Shown piece after piece: positions 36,456-45,681 of a stretch of DNA of 54,323 bases (the first letter of the stretch is position 1; every line of letters starts with the position of its first letter). The position numbers and the translations under genes were made by a program. Source of the stretch: a virus. Lineage: Duplodnaviria; Caudoviricetes. A model generated the notes under the pieces. It saw nothing but the letters and a program-made list of their open reading frames with translations, searched no databases and was not told the DNA's origin. Location of the stretch: the IMG/VR virus record IMGVR_UViG_3300037311_000228, positions 1 through 54,323 of that record. One strand, 5' to 3'.

Positions 36456-36704
36456 ATGCCTATTCGCCGTGACAAACACTGCCGCATCGAGACGCACATC
36501 GTTCGTCAGGACGCCGTGAAGCTGAAGGCGTATGCTGCGCAAAGCGGGATGTCTCAAGCTGAGCTGCTTCGAGCAGCGTTGGTGTCTTATACAGGGATCG
36601 CGTTAGAGCCGCTGCCGCACGGGGTGCCGCGCAAGCCAGCCGACCAGTCGGTTTCTTCCCCGCGTCGTCCCGGTCGTCCTAAAAAGTCCCCTGCTCAAGA
36701 ATAA
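36456..36704 (+). CDS. CopG/RHH-like regulator
   Basis: KLKAYAAQSGMSQAELLRAAL; GGAGAGG RBS; divergent orientation. Confidence 0.7.
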   Translation: MPIRRDKHCRIETHIVRQDAVKLKAYAAQSGMSQAELLRAALVSYTGIALEPLPHGVPRKPADQSVSSPRRPGRPKKSPAQE

Positions 36705-36744
36705 AAAACGTGCGACTGTCAGTCGTTGACAGTCGCACGTTTTT
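36704..36744. terminator. Bidirectional intrinsic terminator
   Basis: AAAAACGTGCGACTGTCA-N5-TGACAGTCGCACGTTTTT between convergent genes. Confidence 0.88.
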
Positions 36745-37276
36745 ACAATGTCTGTATCTGCCGGCGCGACACAAGCAGATCGCGCCGCCGCTCCGCGAGT
36801 AACAAGTCGTGCCGGCGCTTCGCCTCGTCAAGCCATCTGTCCAGATAGCCGATAAGCGCGGCTTGCTGCTGACGCTCGGTCTTTGTCAAAGAGAGCGCGT
36901 GTTGCACTTTTGCCTCATTGATCCGCTTAGAGACATGCAATATCTCGGCGTTCCGCCAAGCAAGCCGTTCGTCGATGGGTAGTAGGTCGTAACGCGCCCA
37001 CGCGACGAAATAATAGCCCTCGCGGGCGACACCAAATGTTGCGATGGGCGCGGGGGTGCAATAATTCCCCGACGGCGCGCTAAAGACCATCTGAGCGCCC
37101 GCTTGCCAGACGCCGACAGCGCTGATCGTGCGTGTGATGCCATTGCGTGGGTTGACCCACGTCGTCCCGATCAGGGCGTCGAAGATCATGCCGAGATCGA
37201 TCAATTCAGAAGATGGCGCTGCACCCGCGAAAATGCCTGACGCGGGGAAATGGCTTTTGAGTGGTATGCCGATCAT
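36743..37276 (-). CDS. Hypothetical protein
   Basis: AAGGA RBS; ends at the terminator. Confidence 0.65.
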   Translation of the reverse strand: MIGIPLKSHFPASGIFAGAAPSSELIDLGMIFDALIGTTWVNPRNGITRTISAVGVWQAGAQMVFSAPSGNYCTPAPIATFGVAREGYYFVAWARYDLLPIDERLAWRNAEILHVSKRINEAKVQHALSLTKTERQQQAALIGYLDRWLDEAKRRHDLLLAERRRDLLVSRRQIQTL

Positions 37277-37338
37277 AGTTCATCCTTCCAGATATCTTTT
37301 AGCGGATGCGCACACAAGGGCTGGCAAATGTACGACGG

Positions 37339-38244
37339 TCATTTCGGCGTTCCGCTGCCGTTTTCCACGACAGCTTGACGCGCCGCCTGCTCGCGGAGAT
37401 CACCGATCACTGCATAGACGGTAGACTTTCCAACCTCCAACCGAGCCGCCAATTCCAGCGGTTTCACAGTATCCAATTCGTCAGGGTGGGCGGCGAAATA
37501 GGCTTCGACCTTCGCGCGCGCGTCCGCCGACTTTCGATGACCTAAGCTTGGAATGGAAGCCGCGCCGAGAAATTCCGTTCCGTTTCCATTGGAATTTCCA
37601 TTGGAAGGGGAATGGAATGGAATGGAATTGGGTAGTTGTGGAACAGCTTGGGTTGCCAACTTGCGCTCAACGCGCTGTTGGTGCTTGACCCATTCTGTGT
37701 TTACGCGCTCGTCCCATGCGATCTGCTCATCCCGATAGCGGGAAGCCGCCTCAACGCCTTCATTCCGACCACTGGCTGACATGTGGACAAACATCTCGCC
37801 TGATGCCAGTGCGATGAGTGGAACGCCGATGCCCAAAATGAAGGCGACGACCCCTGCACCGCCGTCGCCTGTACTTGCGAGCGCGCGGCTGGTCGAGACG
37901 ACATTCGCCACCAGTGCTACGACAAACGTCACGCCCATGATGATGTACGCCAAGCCGGGCGAGCGGCGACGCAACGATGCGCTGACGAAGATCGCCAATT
38001 CGATGGCGAAAAACCCACCGACGGCGATCACGTCGCCCACGAGCGGTGCAACATCTTCTTCCAGTCCCCGTCGGATCGTAGGGACGGTGTGTGCGCCTGA
38101 GAGCAGCGCGGCGCACACAAACATGATCAGCACTCCGGCTCGGAGCAATACGGGATATTCACTCGCGTGCTTGATCTTGCGCGGCACGGAGGCAGGGTGC
38201 TGGCGCTCGTATTCGCGCCGAAATTGCTCATACGTCATATTCAC
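37339..38244 (-). CDS. Four-TM membrane protein with C-terminal HTH
   Basis: Four hydrophobic segments; PLELAARLEVGKSTVY. Confidence 0.75.
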   Translation of the reverse strand: MNMTYEQFRREYERQHPASVPRKIKHASEYPVLLRAGVLIMFVCAALLSGAHTVPTIRRGLEEDVAPLVGDVIAVGGFFAIELAIFVSASLRRRSPGLAYIIMGVTFVVALVANVVSTSRALASTGDGGAGVVAFILGIGVPLIALASGEMFVHMSASGRNEGVEAASRYRDEQIAWDERVNTEWVKHQQRVERKLATQAVPQLPNSIPFHSPSNGNSNGNGTEFLGAASIPSLGHRKSADARAKVEAYFAAHPDELDTVKPLELAARLEVGKSTVYAVIGDLREQAARQAVVENGSGTPK

Positions 38245-39392
38245 GCGCTCTCCTCCTTAGGCGCGGGCAGTCCGCGCACAATGTTGTCGTCGGCATCGCG
38301 GATGATCCAAGCGCGGGCGAGATTGCGCGCCGACATGCGCATGGCATCTTCGTATGTCGGACCAACTTGCGGCGAGAATGTCCGCAAGTTGGTCCGACAC
38401 CATTTGCCCTGCGTCCACACCGTCTTGTATTGCGCGGCGCGCTGCTGCGTGTTTGCGTCCGCAGATCGCACAATCCCGCCTGATCCGGCAACCTTGCGCT
38501 GTGCGTCTAAAATGACACTTGGCGAGCCACCCAAGAGGTGAATGCTGCGACCTGCCAAATCCCGCATCGGCGGCATATAGCCCGCGTAGCCTGACGGGAC
38601 GCTAATGGCGACGGTGCAATCGATTGGGATGTCACCGATTGCGCTGTCGAATTTTGGACACACCATGATGCGCAAGACGCCTTCGGCGCGCAGATCGGCG
38701 ACTTGTTGCAGCATAAGATCGCGCTGATCGGGGCGCTCGTAATCTGCGACCATTGCCGCGACGGGTCGCCATCGGCGGATTTTGTCCATGTAATTCATCC
38801 AATCGTACTTGTCCCACCGGATGTCAACCATAAACGGATGATCGCGCGGTAGCATGTCGTGGCGCGTGCCATACGCCACGCCGATTTGCTTGGCAATCAG
38901 CGGGATTTGGCGGTTGTTGCCTTGCACCCAGATCATTAGGACACGACGGCTAAACACCGTAAGTTGACGACCAGTCTTCGAGACCGCCTGCGCGATCTCC
39001 CGAAACCCCGCCGCGCGGTAGAACGCGCACGACGCACGGTTGTCTGTCAAGCATTTCAGCTTGATTGGACACGGGACCGCGTATAGCAATTGGCGTCCAA
39101 TACCAATGCCCTGCCAGCCTCGTGCTGTCGCCAGATGGTATACAACGCTGTAGCCTGCGTTTTCGCCCCGTGATGGCGTGCCGTATTCGACGAATGCGCG
39201 CACCACGCCGTCGATAGCGGCGACCAGCAGCGTTCCGCCTGCTAACGCGCGCTCAAGGCTGTCGCGGCGTACCCATCCAAGCGCGTCGGGATGCTGGCGC
39301 GCAATTTGGTCGCATACGCCAATGTCGTCGCGGGTTGCGCGGCGAATATGGAGGCGTCCAAGCAACGCCGTCACGGGCGGAAGCAACTTCAT
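38241..39392 (-). CDS. GNAT acetyltransferase fused to a DUF6610-like / TGT-like TIM-barrel domain
   Basis: IRRAT..D, QGIGIGRQLL, N.ASCAFYRAAGF; then VDIRW, ADYE, VCPK, IHLLGGSP, SADAN. Confidence 0.72.
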   Translation of the reverse strand: MKLLPPVTALLGRLHIRRATRDDIGVCDQIARQHPDALGWVRRDSLERALAGGTLLVAAIDGVVRAFVEYGTPSRGENAGYSVVYHLATARGWQGIGIGRQLLYAVPCPIKLKCLTDNRASCAFYRAAGFREIAQAVSKTGRQLTVFSRRVLMIWVQGNNRQIPLIAKQIGVAYGTRHDMLPRDHPFMVDIRWDKYDWMNYMDKIRRWRPVAAMVADYERPDQRDLMLQQVADLRAEGVLRIMVCPKFDSAIGDIPIDCTVAISVPSGYAGYMPPMRDLAGRSIHLLGGSPSVILDAQRKVAGSGGIVRSADANTQQRAAQYKTVWTQGKWCRTNLRTFSPQVGPTYEDAMRMSARNLARAWIIRDADDNIVRGLPAPKEESA

Positions 39393-39548
39393 GGCTGTTC
39401 ATCTTCTTGCGCAAGCTTCTCCATGTCCGCCAGTCGCGCCGCGCGGATCTTTTGTCCAATGGTCGTCATGATTCAGTCTCCTTTGCCGCCGCCAGCATTT
39501 TAAACGCAGCAGCGTCAGTCGGCGCGGCGGCGCAGACGATGGTGTCGA

Positions 39549-40661
39549 TCATGACGCGATCTCGTGATCAAATTTAACAATACGTTCACCGATCCATTTT
39601 GCGACTGGCACGCATACTGCATTGCCAAGCATTTGATACCGCGCGCTGTCTGACACCAATTTCCCGTTTTCACAGAACGCCGTCCACCCATCGGGGAAGC
39701 CTTGCAGGCGCTCACACTCTATTGGCGTCAGTCGTCGAACGCCGATAAGCGATCCGCTGATAACGATTTCGCCGCCACCATCACCTCTTACTAAGGTGGG
39801 GGTGATGTTTTTGCCAATCGGCATATGATGTGACACGCTGGCATTGCGCTTGAAAGCCACCAGATCGGAACTTCGTGTCAATGTTGGCGCGTAATGTCGC
39901 GGCACACTGCCGTTGGCGATACTCGTCACCTGCTGCAAGTCCACAATGAGGAAATCCGCCTCGTTTGCTTGCCCCGCCGGACGTGCTGTTCCCGCGCCTG
40001 ATCCCGCCAGCGTTCCGGCGATCACAGGGGTGGATCGTTCGAGTCGTCTAGGATGATTTTCTCCAGAGCCTCTATAAGCGGATAGGGCAGCGTCTTCCCC
40101 CTTTTGTCGGCGCGACGGAGAATGCCCGCCGCTGCTTTCGCGCTCAAAAAGTACTTCAGCGGCACGCCCGCCTCCAAGATGTCCGACAATGAACAGGCGG
40201 CGGCGGCGCTGTGGGACTCCCCAATGTTGAGCGTCCAACACGCGCCAAGCGACGCGATACCCGATGTTCCCCAGCCCGCGAAGGACAACGGCAAAGTCCC
40301 GTCCTCCATTAGAGGATAGTAGACCGGGGACGTTTTCGATAACGACCCATCGAGGTAGAAGCTCCATAAGAACGCGCTCGAACTCAAACCAGAGCCCAGA
40401 TCGCGCTCCAGCCAACCCCGCGCGGCGTCCGGCAACGCTGAGGTCTTGACAGGGGAATCCGCCGCAAATAAGGTCAACTGGCGGAAGGTTGGTTTTTCCG
40501 ACATGGCACACATCCTTGAATTGAAGGACGGAAGGGTAATGACGACGGAGGACGCGCCGCTTTTTGGCGTTCGACTCGACCTGCGCGGCGCAAGTCATAC
40601 CCGCGCGCTCAAAGCCCAAGTCGAAGCCGCCAATGCCTGCAAAAAGGCTGATGAAACGCAT
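39549..40661 (-). CDS. DNA cytosine-5 methyltransferase (alpha chain)
   Basis: FAGIGG, GGFPCQ, ENV, QRRRR and LGNAV motifs. Confidence 0.95.
   Translation of the reverse strand: MRFISLFAGIGGFDLGFERAGMTCAAQVESNAKKRRVLRRHYPSVLQFKDVCHVGKTNLPPVDLICGGFPCQDLSVAGRRAGLAGARSGLWFEFERVLMELLPRWVVIENVPGLLSSNGGRDFAVVLRGLGNIGYRVAWRVLDAQHWGVPQRRRRLFIVGHLGGGRAAEVLFERESSGGHSPSRRQKGEDAALSAYRGSGENHPRRLERSTPVIAGTLAGSGAGTARPAGQANEADFLIVDLQQVTSIANGSVPRHYAPTLTRSSDLVAFKRNASVSHHMPIGKNITPTLVRGDGGGEIVISGSLIGVRRLTPIECERLQGFPDGWTAFCENGKLVSDSARYQMLGNAVCVPVAKWIGERIVKFDHEIAS
40022..40504 (-). CDS. Nested alternative-frame methyltransferase beta polypeptide
   Basis: SLSDILE..VPLKYFLS.KAAAGILRRA..RGKTLP..L.EAL, resembling the M.EcoHK31I-type beta chain. 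Confidence 0.75.
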   Translation of the reverse strand: MSEKPTFRQLTLFAADSPVKTSALPDAARGWLERDLGSGLSSSAFLWSFYLDGSLSKTSPVYYPLMEDGTLPLSFAGWGTSGIASLGACWTLNIGESHSAAAACSLSDILEAGVPLKYFLSAKAAAGILRRADKRGKTLPYPLIEALEKIILDDSNDPPL

Positions 40662-41848
40662 CACGCAGCACCTCCCACTGACTTGGCGCGTGCCGCTTTC
40701 GCGCGCTGGCGATACCGCGCCGCCTGTACGCGCGCAAAACGGCGATAGTCGATCTGCAAATGCAGCACCCCCCATTGCTGCACGTCCCATTGGCTGCCAC
40801 CCTCGCTCAGCTCTGTCGCTTCGCGTTCTTTCGCCGCCGCCATCGCGTTGAGCGCGGCGACGTGTTCGCGCATCGATACGGGGGCTTCTGCGCCATTGGC
40901 GAAATAACGCGCCTTCGCCAACAGATAGTCGCGGTCTGCGCCGTCGGGCAGCGACTCGGCTTCACGGCAATATCCGTTGGCGATGGACTGGCTGTCCGCC
41001 AACATCGCTTGTGCATAGCGCGCGCGATCTTTGTCCGTCCAGACCACGCCGTCGATCCGCGCAGACAGTGGGACGGCGAGCCTATCTGTAGAGCTGTTCA
41101 TCGGTACGGCGGGCGCATCGAACAACGAGTGCGGCGGCGTTTCAACGCCGATGGCATCTACATAGGTTGGCGTTCCCCATGCGTGCGATCCGGCGCGCCG
41201 GGCGGTATTCCACGCCGTCCGATACAACGCCTCATCATGTCGCTGCTCTGGGTTGATGAAGGGCAAGCCGAACAGCGCGTAGAAGGCGGCTTCGTCGGGG
41301 ACGCTGATCCGCTTGTCGCTGTGCCAAACGCTGCCTTCACGGATGGTGTACGGGCAGTCCATGAATTTGAGCTCGGCAGCGAGACTCTGCGCGCGTGCTG
41401 CCGCCTCTTCACGGATGGTGTACGGGCAGTCCATGAATTTGAGCGCCTTCATGAACCATTTATTCTTGTCGGCGCTGCCCGTGCGCAGCCAATAGATGTA
41501 GCCCCACGAGTGCGCGTTCGTCACCCACAGCTCGATCTTCATGCCGTCCATGACGACGCCGCGCAGCTTGTCACCCCATTGATGCTGAGGCTTCATATTG
41601 CCGATCTTGTCACGCGACTCGCCGTACACCGCCTTCGCCAGCGTGCCGTCAGCGACCATACGATCTAGCGCATCAAGATAGCCGACGGACGGGATCAGCA
41701 CGATCTCGCCGTCGCCCACATCGGGCTTGCATCGCCGGATCGATCCGGCGATCTCGGCGCGCTCTACATACGGCGCGATGAGGGTCAATAGGCGCTCGAC
41801 CCGTTGTCGGGCGTCACTGAGGGGGTAGCGCGCGCCGCTAGACATCAT
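40661..41848 (-). CDS. PolX / DNA polymerase beta-like nucleotidyltransferase
   Basis: IAGSIRR.K.DVGDGE, RTGS, E..FY..FGLPFINPEQR. Confidence 0.85.
   Translation of the reverse strand: MMSSGARYPLSDARQRVERLLTLIAPYVERAEIAGSIRRCKPDVGDGEIVLIPSVGYLDALDRMVADGTLAKAVYGESRDKIGNMKPQHQWGDKLRGVVMDGMKIELWVTNAHSWGYIYWLRTGSADKNKWFMKALKFMDCPYTIREEAAARAQSLAAELKFMDCPYTIREGSVWHSDKRISVPDEAAFYALFGLPFINPEQRHDEALYRTAWNTARRAGSHAWGTPTYVDAIGVETPPHSLFDAPAVPMNSSTDRLAVPLSARIDGVVWTDKDRARYAQAMLADSQSIANGYCREAESLPDGADRDYLLAKARYFANGAEAPVSMREHVAALNAMAAAKEREATELSEGGSQWDVQQWGVLHLQIDYRRFARVQAARYRQRAKAARAKSVGGAA
41335..41444. repeat. 38-bp exact direct repeat flanking a 34-bp insert inside polX
   Basis: 41335-41372 equals 41407-41444. 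Confidence 0.95.
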
Positions 41849-43181
41849 CTACCCACAAATTATCGAATCGGGTGAATTCGGGGCGGAACACCAGCGGGAT
41901 CGTCCCTGTCGCTCCGTGTCGGTTTTTTGCGATGATCAAGTCCGTCTCCCACGACGCGGCGAACGGATCGCTGTCCATCTTGCGAAAGGGAAATAGGACG
42001 CTATCCGCCGCTTGTTCGATCTCGCCGCTGTCGCGTAGATCGTTCATTTGGGGACGCTTGTCAGCGCGGGATGCCACGCTGCGCGAGAGTTGCGCCGCGC
42101 ACAGCACCGGCACGCTCATCTCCGAACTGATATGCTTCAACGCGCGCGCGAAATAGCTGGTCTTGGCGTAAGCATTGTCTTTGAAGTTGATGTCACTCCC
42201 CATCAACCCCAAGTAGTCGATGACCACGAGATCGACGCCGCCCAGCCGCGCTTGCGTGCGTTGAATATCGGCGCGCAGAGCGGGCGGCGTGATCGCGGCG
42301 TGGTCATTGATCACGATCTTCCATGTGCCGATCTCGGCGGCGGCGCGCAGCACTTCGCTGTGCTGCTGGTCGTCCAACCCGTGCGGGCGAAGTTGACGAC
42401 GAACGCGGGACGAGTCCACCCGCGCAACCCCCGCGATGAGCCGATTCGTGATCTGCGCAGCGGGCATTTCGCCCGACCACAAATAAACGCGCTTGCCGCG
42501 TGCTGCCACATTCGCAACCATAGAGGCAAGCAGGGCGCTCTTGCCGCCGCCAGGTCGCGCGCCAACGACGCACAACCCCATCAACCCATCAAGCATATGG
42601 TCGAGATCGGGGTAGCCCGTCACCAGCCCCGAATACCCGCTCGCTGCTTCCTGAGACACGTCTTCTAATTCGTTCAAATAGATGCCTACGGCGTCGCGGA
42701 TCGGGATGGATTCGCCAGACGTGGAATGCCCCAGAAGCACATCGTTGATAGCCGCCGCCGCCGCCGCCAACACCGCATCAGTCTCTTTTTCTCCATCCAA
42801 TGCGAGTGCCGTGACGGTCTCTGTCGCTTGCAGCAGCGCACGGCGGGCGGCTGCTCGCTCGACCAGCCGGGCGTAGACTTCGGCATTGACCGACGTGGGG
42901 GTGTCGGTGATCAACTGCATCAGGTAGCCCATGCCGCCGATCTCCGCGAGTCGCCCCGTCGCGTTGAGGCGAACCGAAACTGCCACCACGTCAGGCGGCA
43001 AGCCCTCACCGTGAAGCGCAAGGATCGCTTCCCAGATCAATCGATGGCGAACAAGGAAAAACATCCCCGACGCGCCCAATACCCCCTTTGCCACCGTCAA
43101 CACGGCGGGGTCGAGCAACACAGCGCCAAGCACCGCGCGCTCGGCTTCTTCCACATACGGGATAGCCGTCGTCTGTGTCAT
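41838..43181 (-). CDS. dnaB: Replicative DNA helicase
   Basis: EAERAVLGAVL, GARPGGGKS, IDYLGL, AQLSR, LRDSGEIEQAAD, AKNRHG. Confidence 0.95.
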   Translation of the reverse strand: MTQTTAIPYVEEAERAVLGAVLLDPAVLTVAKGVLGASGMFFLVRHRLIWEAILALHGEGLPPDVVAVSVRLNATGRLAEIGGMGYLMQLITDTPTSVNAEVYARLVERAAARRALLQATETVTALALDGEKETDAVLAAAAAAINDVLLGHSTSGESIPIRDAVGIYLNELEDVSQEAASGYSGLVTGYPDLDHMLDGLMGLCVVGARPGGGKSALLASMVANVAARGKRVYLWSGEMPAAQITNRLIAGVARVDSSRVRRQLRPHGLDDQQHSEVLRAAAEIGTWKIVINDHAAITPPALRADIQRTQARLGGVDLVVIDYLGLMGSDINFKDNAYAKTSYFARALKHISSEMSVPVLCAAQLSRSVASRADKRPQMNDLRDSGEIEQAADSVLFPFRKMDSDPFAASWETDLIIAKNRHGATGTIPLVFRPEFTRFDNLWVDDV

Positions 43182-44119
43182 TTGTCGTTCCCCCCATTGC
43201 CAATCTCGCTGCCCGCGTCCTTTCCGCCCATTCCCATTGCCAATCTCGCTACCCGCGTCCTTTCCGCCATCATTTGCCGCTCCGCGAGCGGAATTGGCGG
43301 CGGGATAACTATGCGTGGGGTTGGTGACGATGGTGGCGCGGAAGGCGTCGTTGGCGGCGGCGCGCCGTTTGCGGGGGCGGGACGCCGCGGACTATCAATT
43401 TCATCGCGTGCCATCCGCTTGAGGATCGCGTGGATGTATGTCCAACGGCGGACGTTCGACGCTGCCGCCTCGCGGATCGCCGTTTCGAGGGCATGGGAGG
43501 CGCGATCTTCCCCCGTTGTCTTGAATTGGGGTTCCGCAAGCCACATGTTGATCGCATCGACGATGAGCGGGGTCAGCGCGCCGATGTTTTGTTCGTACAG
43601 CGTGAAGACCGCCCCCCGCTTGGGATCAGTATCACGATCAGCAGCAGCAGCAAGCGCGTCTTCTTCTATTGGTTCTTCTTCTTTCTTCTTTGGTTCACCA
43701 CATGAACGCTGCACGGGAAGATCAGCGTTCATGTGGTGAACGCTCCGTTCGTGTGGTGAACGCTCCGTTCGTGTGGTGAACGCGGGCTTGGCGTACCGCT
43801 GGCAATTCTCAGCCATACGGTCAACAAGGCGCACGATCAGAGTCGCCTGCGCGCATCGCTTTTCGATGGTGATGTATCCCATCTTCTCAAGCTGGCGGCG
43901 GGCAGCGACCACTTTCCCTACCGACATGCGCGTGATCGCGGCGGTCGTGGTCGTTGCCTCAAAGCACTCACCGCCATCCCCGCAGACGCGGCGGTAATGC
44001 CCCAAAAGGCGGTATTGGTATGGGTCGAGATCGTCATCCGCCATGTTGAGGATGATGTGGAAGTATTTCGACGGCGATCCCTGATCCGAGATGCGTTGAG
44101 TCATTTTGGGTTTTGACAT
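43178..44119 (-). CDS. Replication initiator (wHTH plus DnaD-like domain)
   Basis: VFTLYEQNIGALTPLI...AIREA...WTYIHAILKR; internal repeats. Confidence 0.85.
   Translation of the reverse strand: MSKPKMTQRISDQGSPSKYFHIILNMADDDLDPYQYRLLGHYRRVCGDGGECFEATTTTAAITRMSVGKVVAARRQLEKMGYITIEKRCAQATLIVRLVDRMAENCQRYAKPAFTTRTERSPHERSVHHMNADLPVQRSCGEPKKKEEEPIEEDALAAAADRDTDPKRGAVFTLYEQNIGALTPLIVDAINMWLAEPQFKTTGEDRASHALETAIREAAASNVRRWTYIHAILKRMARDEIDSPRRPAPANGAPPPTTPSAPPSSPTPRIVIPPPIPLAERQMMAERTRVARLAMGMGGKDAGSEIGNGGNDK
43693..43783. repeat. Iteron-like repeats, probable replication origin
   Basis: CGTTCRTGTGGTGAACGC three times at a 20-bp period (43726, 43746, 43766) plus an inverted 19-bp copy at 43693-43711. 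Confidence 0.75.
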
Positions 44120-44433
44120 CACTCCCATCCGTTCCCGTCGCTAAATGCGCGTGCAAGATTCGATACCCACGACACGGCTTCATCCGCGCCGCGCAAAACA
44201 ACTACGTCCATGCCGTTCCAGCGGTTTTGGAAGGCGCCTTGTTCGGCGCTTAGCTTGCCAGTAGCGGACTTGACCTCTGCCAAAAAGGTCATGCCGCCGT
44301 ACCCAACCAGCAGATCGGGTACCCCCTTTTGGGATAAGCGAACGACGGTCGCGCCGCAGCGGGTCAACGCCTCTACGATCTCAGCTTCATTCGCGTCACG
44401 CTTTGCCGCGCGGCGCGGAATACCCTTTGTCAT
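44119..44433 (-). CDS. VRR-NUC-like nuclease
   Basis: GVPDLLV...AEVKS..GKLSAEQ. Confidence 0.8.
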   Translation of the reverse strand: MTKGIPRRAAKRDANEAEIVEALTRCGATVVRLSQKGVPDLLVGYGGMTFLAEVKSATGKLSAEQGAFQNRWNGMDVVVLRGADEAVSWVSNLARAFSDGNGWE

Positions 44434-44478
44434 GACGCTCTCCTTTGTCGGGGCGGACAGCACCGCCCCGAAATTTTC

Positions 44479-45360
44479 TTATTCTGTTGATGCGAGTTGT
44501 TCGCGCGTCTTGCGAACGGCTTCATCGGCGGCGGCGCGCCCGCCCGTCCACTCGCTCCAGCGCGCGACTCCGAGTGCCGCGCGCAAGGCTTCTTGGGAAA
44601 CGCCCTGAGCTGCCCATGACGCTATCCATGCGTTCACAGCGTCTGGCGTCCACTCGTCCGCTAGGGAGTCCGCTGCCGCGATCTCGTCTTGTTGCTGCAC
44701 CCGCTCACCATCGGCATAGGCGCGCGCGAAAGGCTCAAAGACAGACCAATTGACGCTTGGCAAGTGCGCGGGCAGGTTTTGTCCGCGCGACTTGATCACC
44801 GTCCCCGAATGATCGGGCAGCAGCCGAACAACAAAATCCATGGCGTAGGACAGCGACTTATCCGCATCGGGTTTGATGCCCGTGCGCGTAAGCTGTCCAT
44901 TGGTTGTTTCATATTCGTAAGACTCCCGCGCGATCAAGATGGTATGCACGGGCAGATTCGTCAGTTGGGTATACAGCGACTTCATCCGCGTGTTGACCTT
45001 CGACCACTCGCGGAACCCCAGTTCGTTGTTTTTCGCCGTCTTCGCCATGCCTTCTTTCAGCACGTCGTAAAAGACGGTGATCGGGTCGATCACCAGCGTG
45101 TCGAAGGTCTTGCCTTTGTCGTCGCGGATGAACGCAACGGCGTGTTCAAGGTCAGCCACCGTTTTGGTGCGCATCACTTGAAAAGGTGCGACCCCGGATC
45201 GTCCGGTGTACAGGTCTGCGCCCGACTCAGCGTCCACAAGTGCGACGCGCGGAAAGGAAAGGGCAGCGAGAGTTTTCCCCGATCCGGGCGCGCCGAAGAA
45301 CAACAGCTTGAGTTTCTTGGCAACGAGCGCGGCGTTGCTGAACGGGTTTTGTAATGCCAT
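44479..45360 (-). CDS. AAA ATPase, Sak4-like recombinase
   Basis: GAPGSGKT, VDAESG, TLVIDPIT. Confidence 0.85.
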   Translation of the reverse strand: MALQNPFSNAALVAKKLKLLFFGAPGSGKTLAALSFPRVALVDAESGADLYTGRSGVAPFQVMRTKTVADLEHAVAFIRDDKGKTFDTLVIDPITVFYDVLKEGMAKTAKNNELGFREWSKVNTRMKSLYTQLTNLPVHTILIARESYEYETTNGQLTRTGIKPDADKSLSYAMDFVVRLLPDHSGTVIKSRGQNLPAHLPSVNWSVFEPFARAYADGERVQQQDEIAAADSLADEWTPDAVNAWIASWAAQGVSQEALRAALGVARWSEWTGGRAAADEAVRKTREQLASTE

Positions 45361-45471
45361 GCGATACTCCTTTGTGCTATACTCATGCACGGACGCCTCC
45401 ACCTGAGCATGTGCGTCCGTGCTGTACGGTTAGCGGCTTTCGACAGCCGCTTTTTGATTCGCCACCTTGCT

Positions 45472-45681
45472 TCAATTGCGCAGCATGGCGATCCACGCTC
45501 GACAGCACTGCCCACGCTGCCAAACATCCTCGCACCAGCGCAGTTCATCGTCGAAGTCTTTCATGACCATCGTGACGAACGCATCACGATGGCGACGCGG
45601 CGCATCGGCGCAGTCGGCGCGGATCAACGCCCGAACGCACAGCATCAGATCGGCAACCATGTCGTTCGTCGGGCGCTTCAT
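45472..45681 (-). CDS. Hypothetical protein
   Basis: ATGA-coupled small ORF. Confidence 0.5.
   Translation of the reverse strand: MKRPTNDMVADLMLCVRALIRADCADAPRRHRDAFVTMVMKDFDDELRWCEDVWQRGQCCRAWIAMLRN

Noticed and set aside
41335-41444. Functional CRISPR mini-array
   Set aside because: Only two repeats, the repeat is PolX coding sequence, and there is no leader or cas gene; kept instead as an insertion-scar finding
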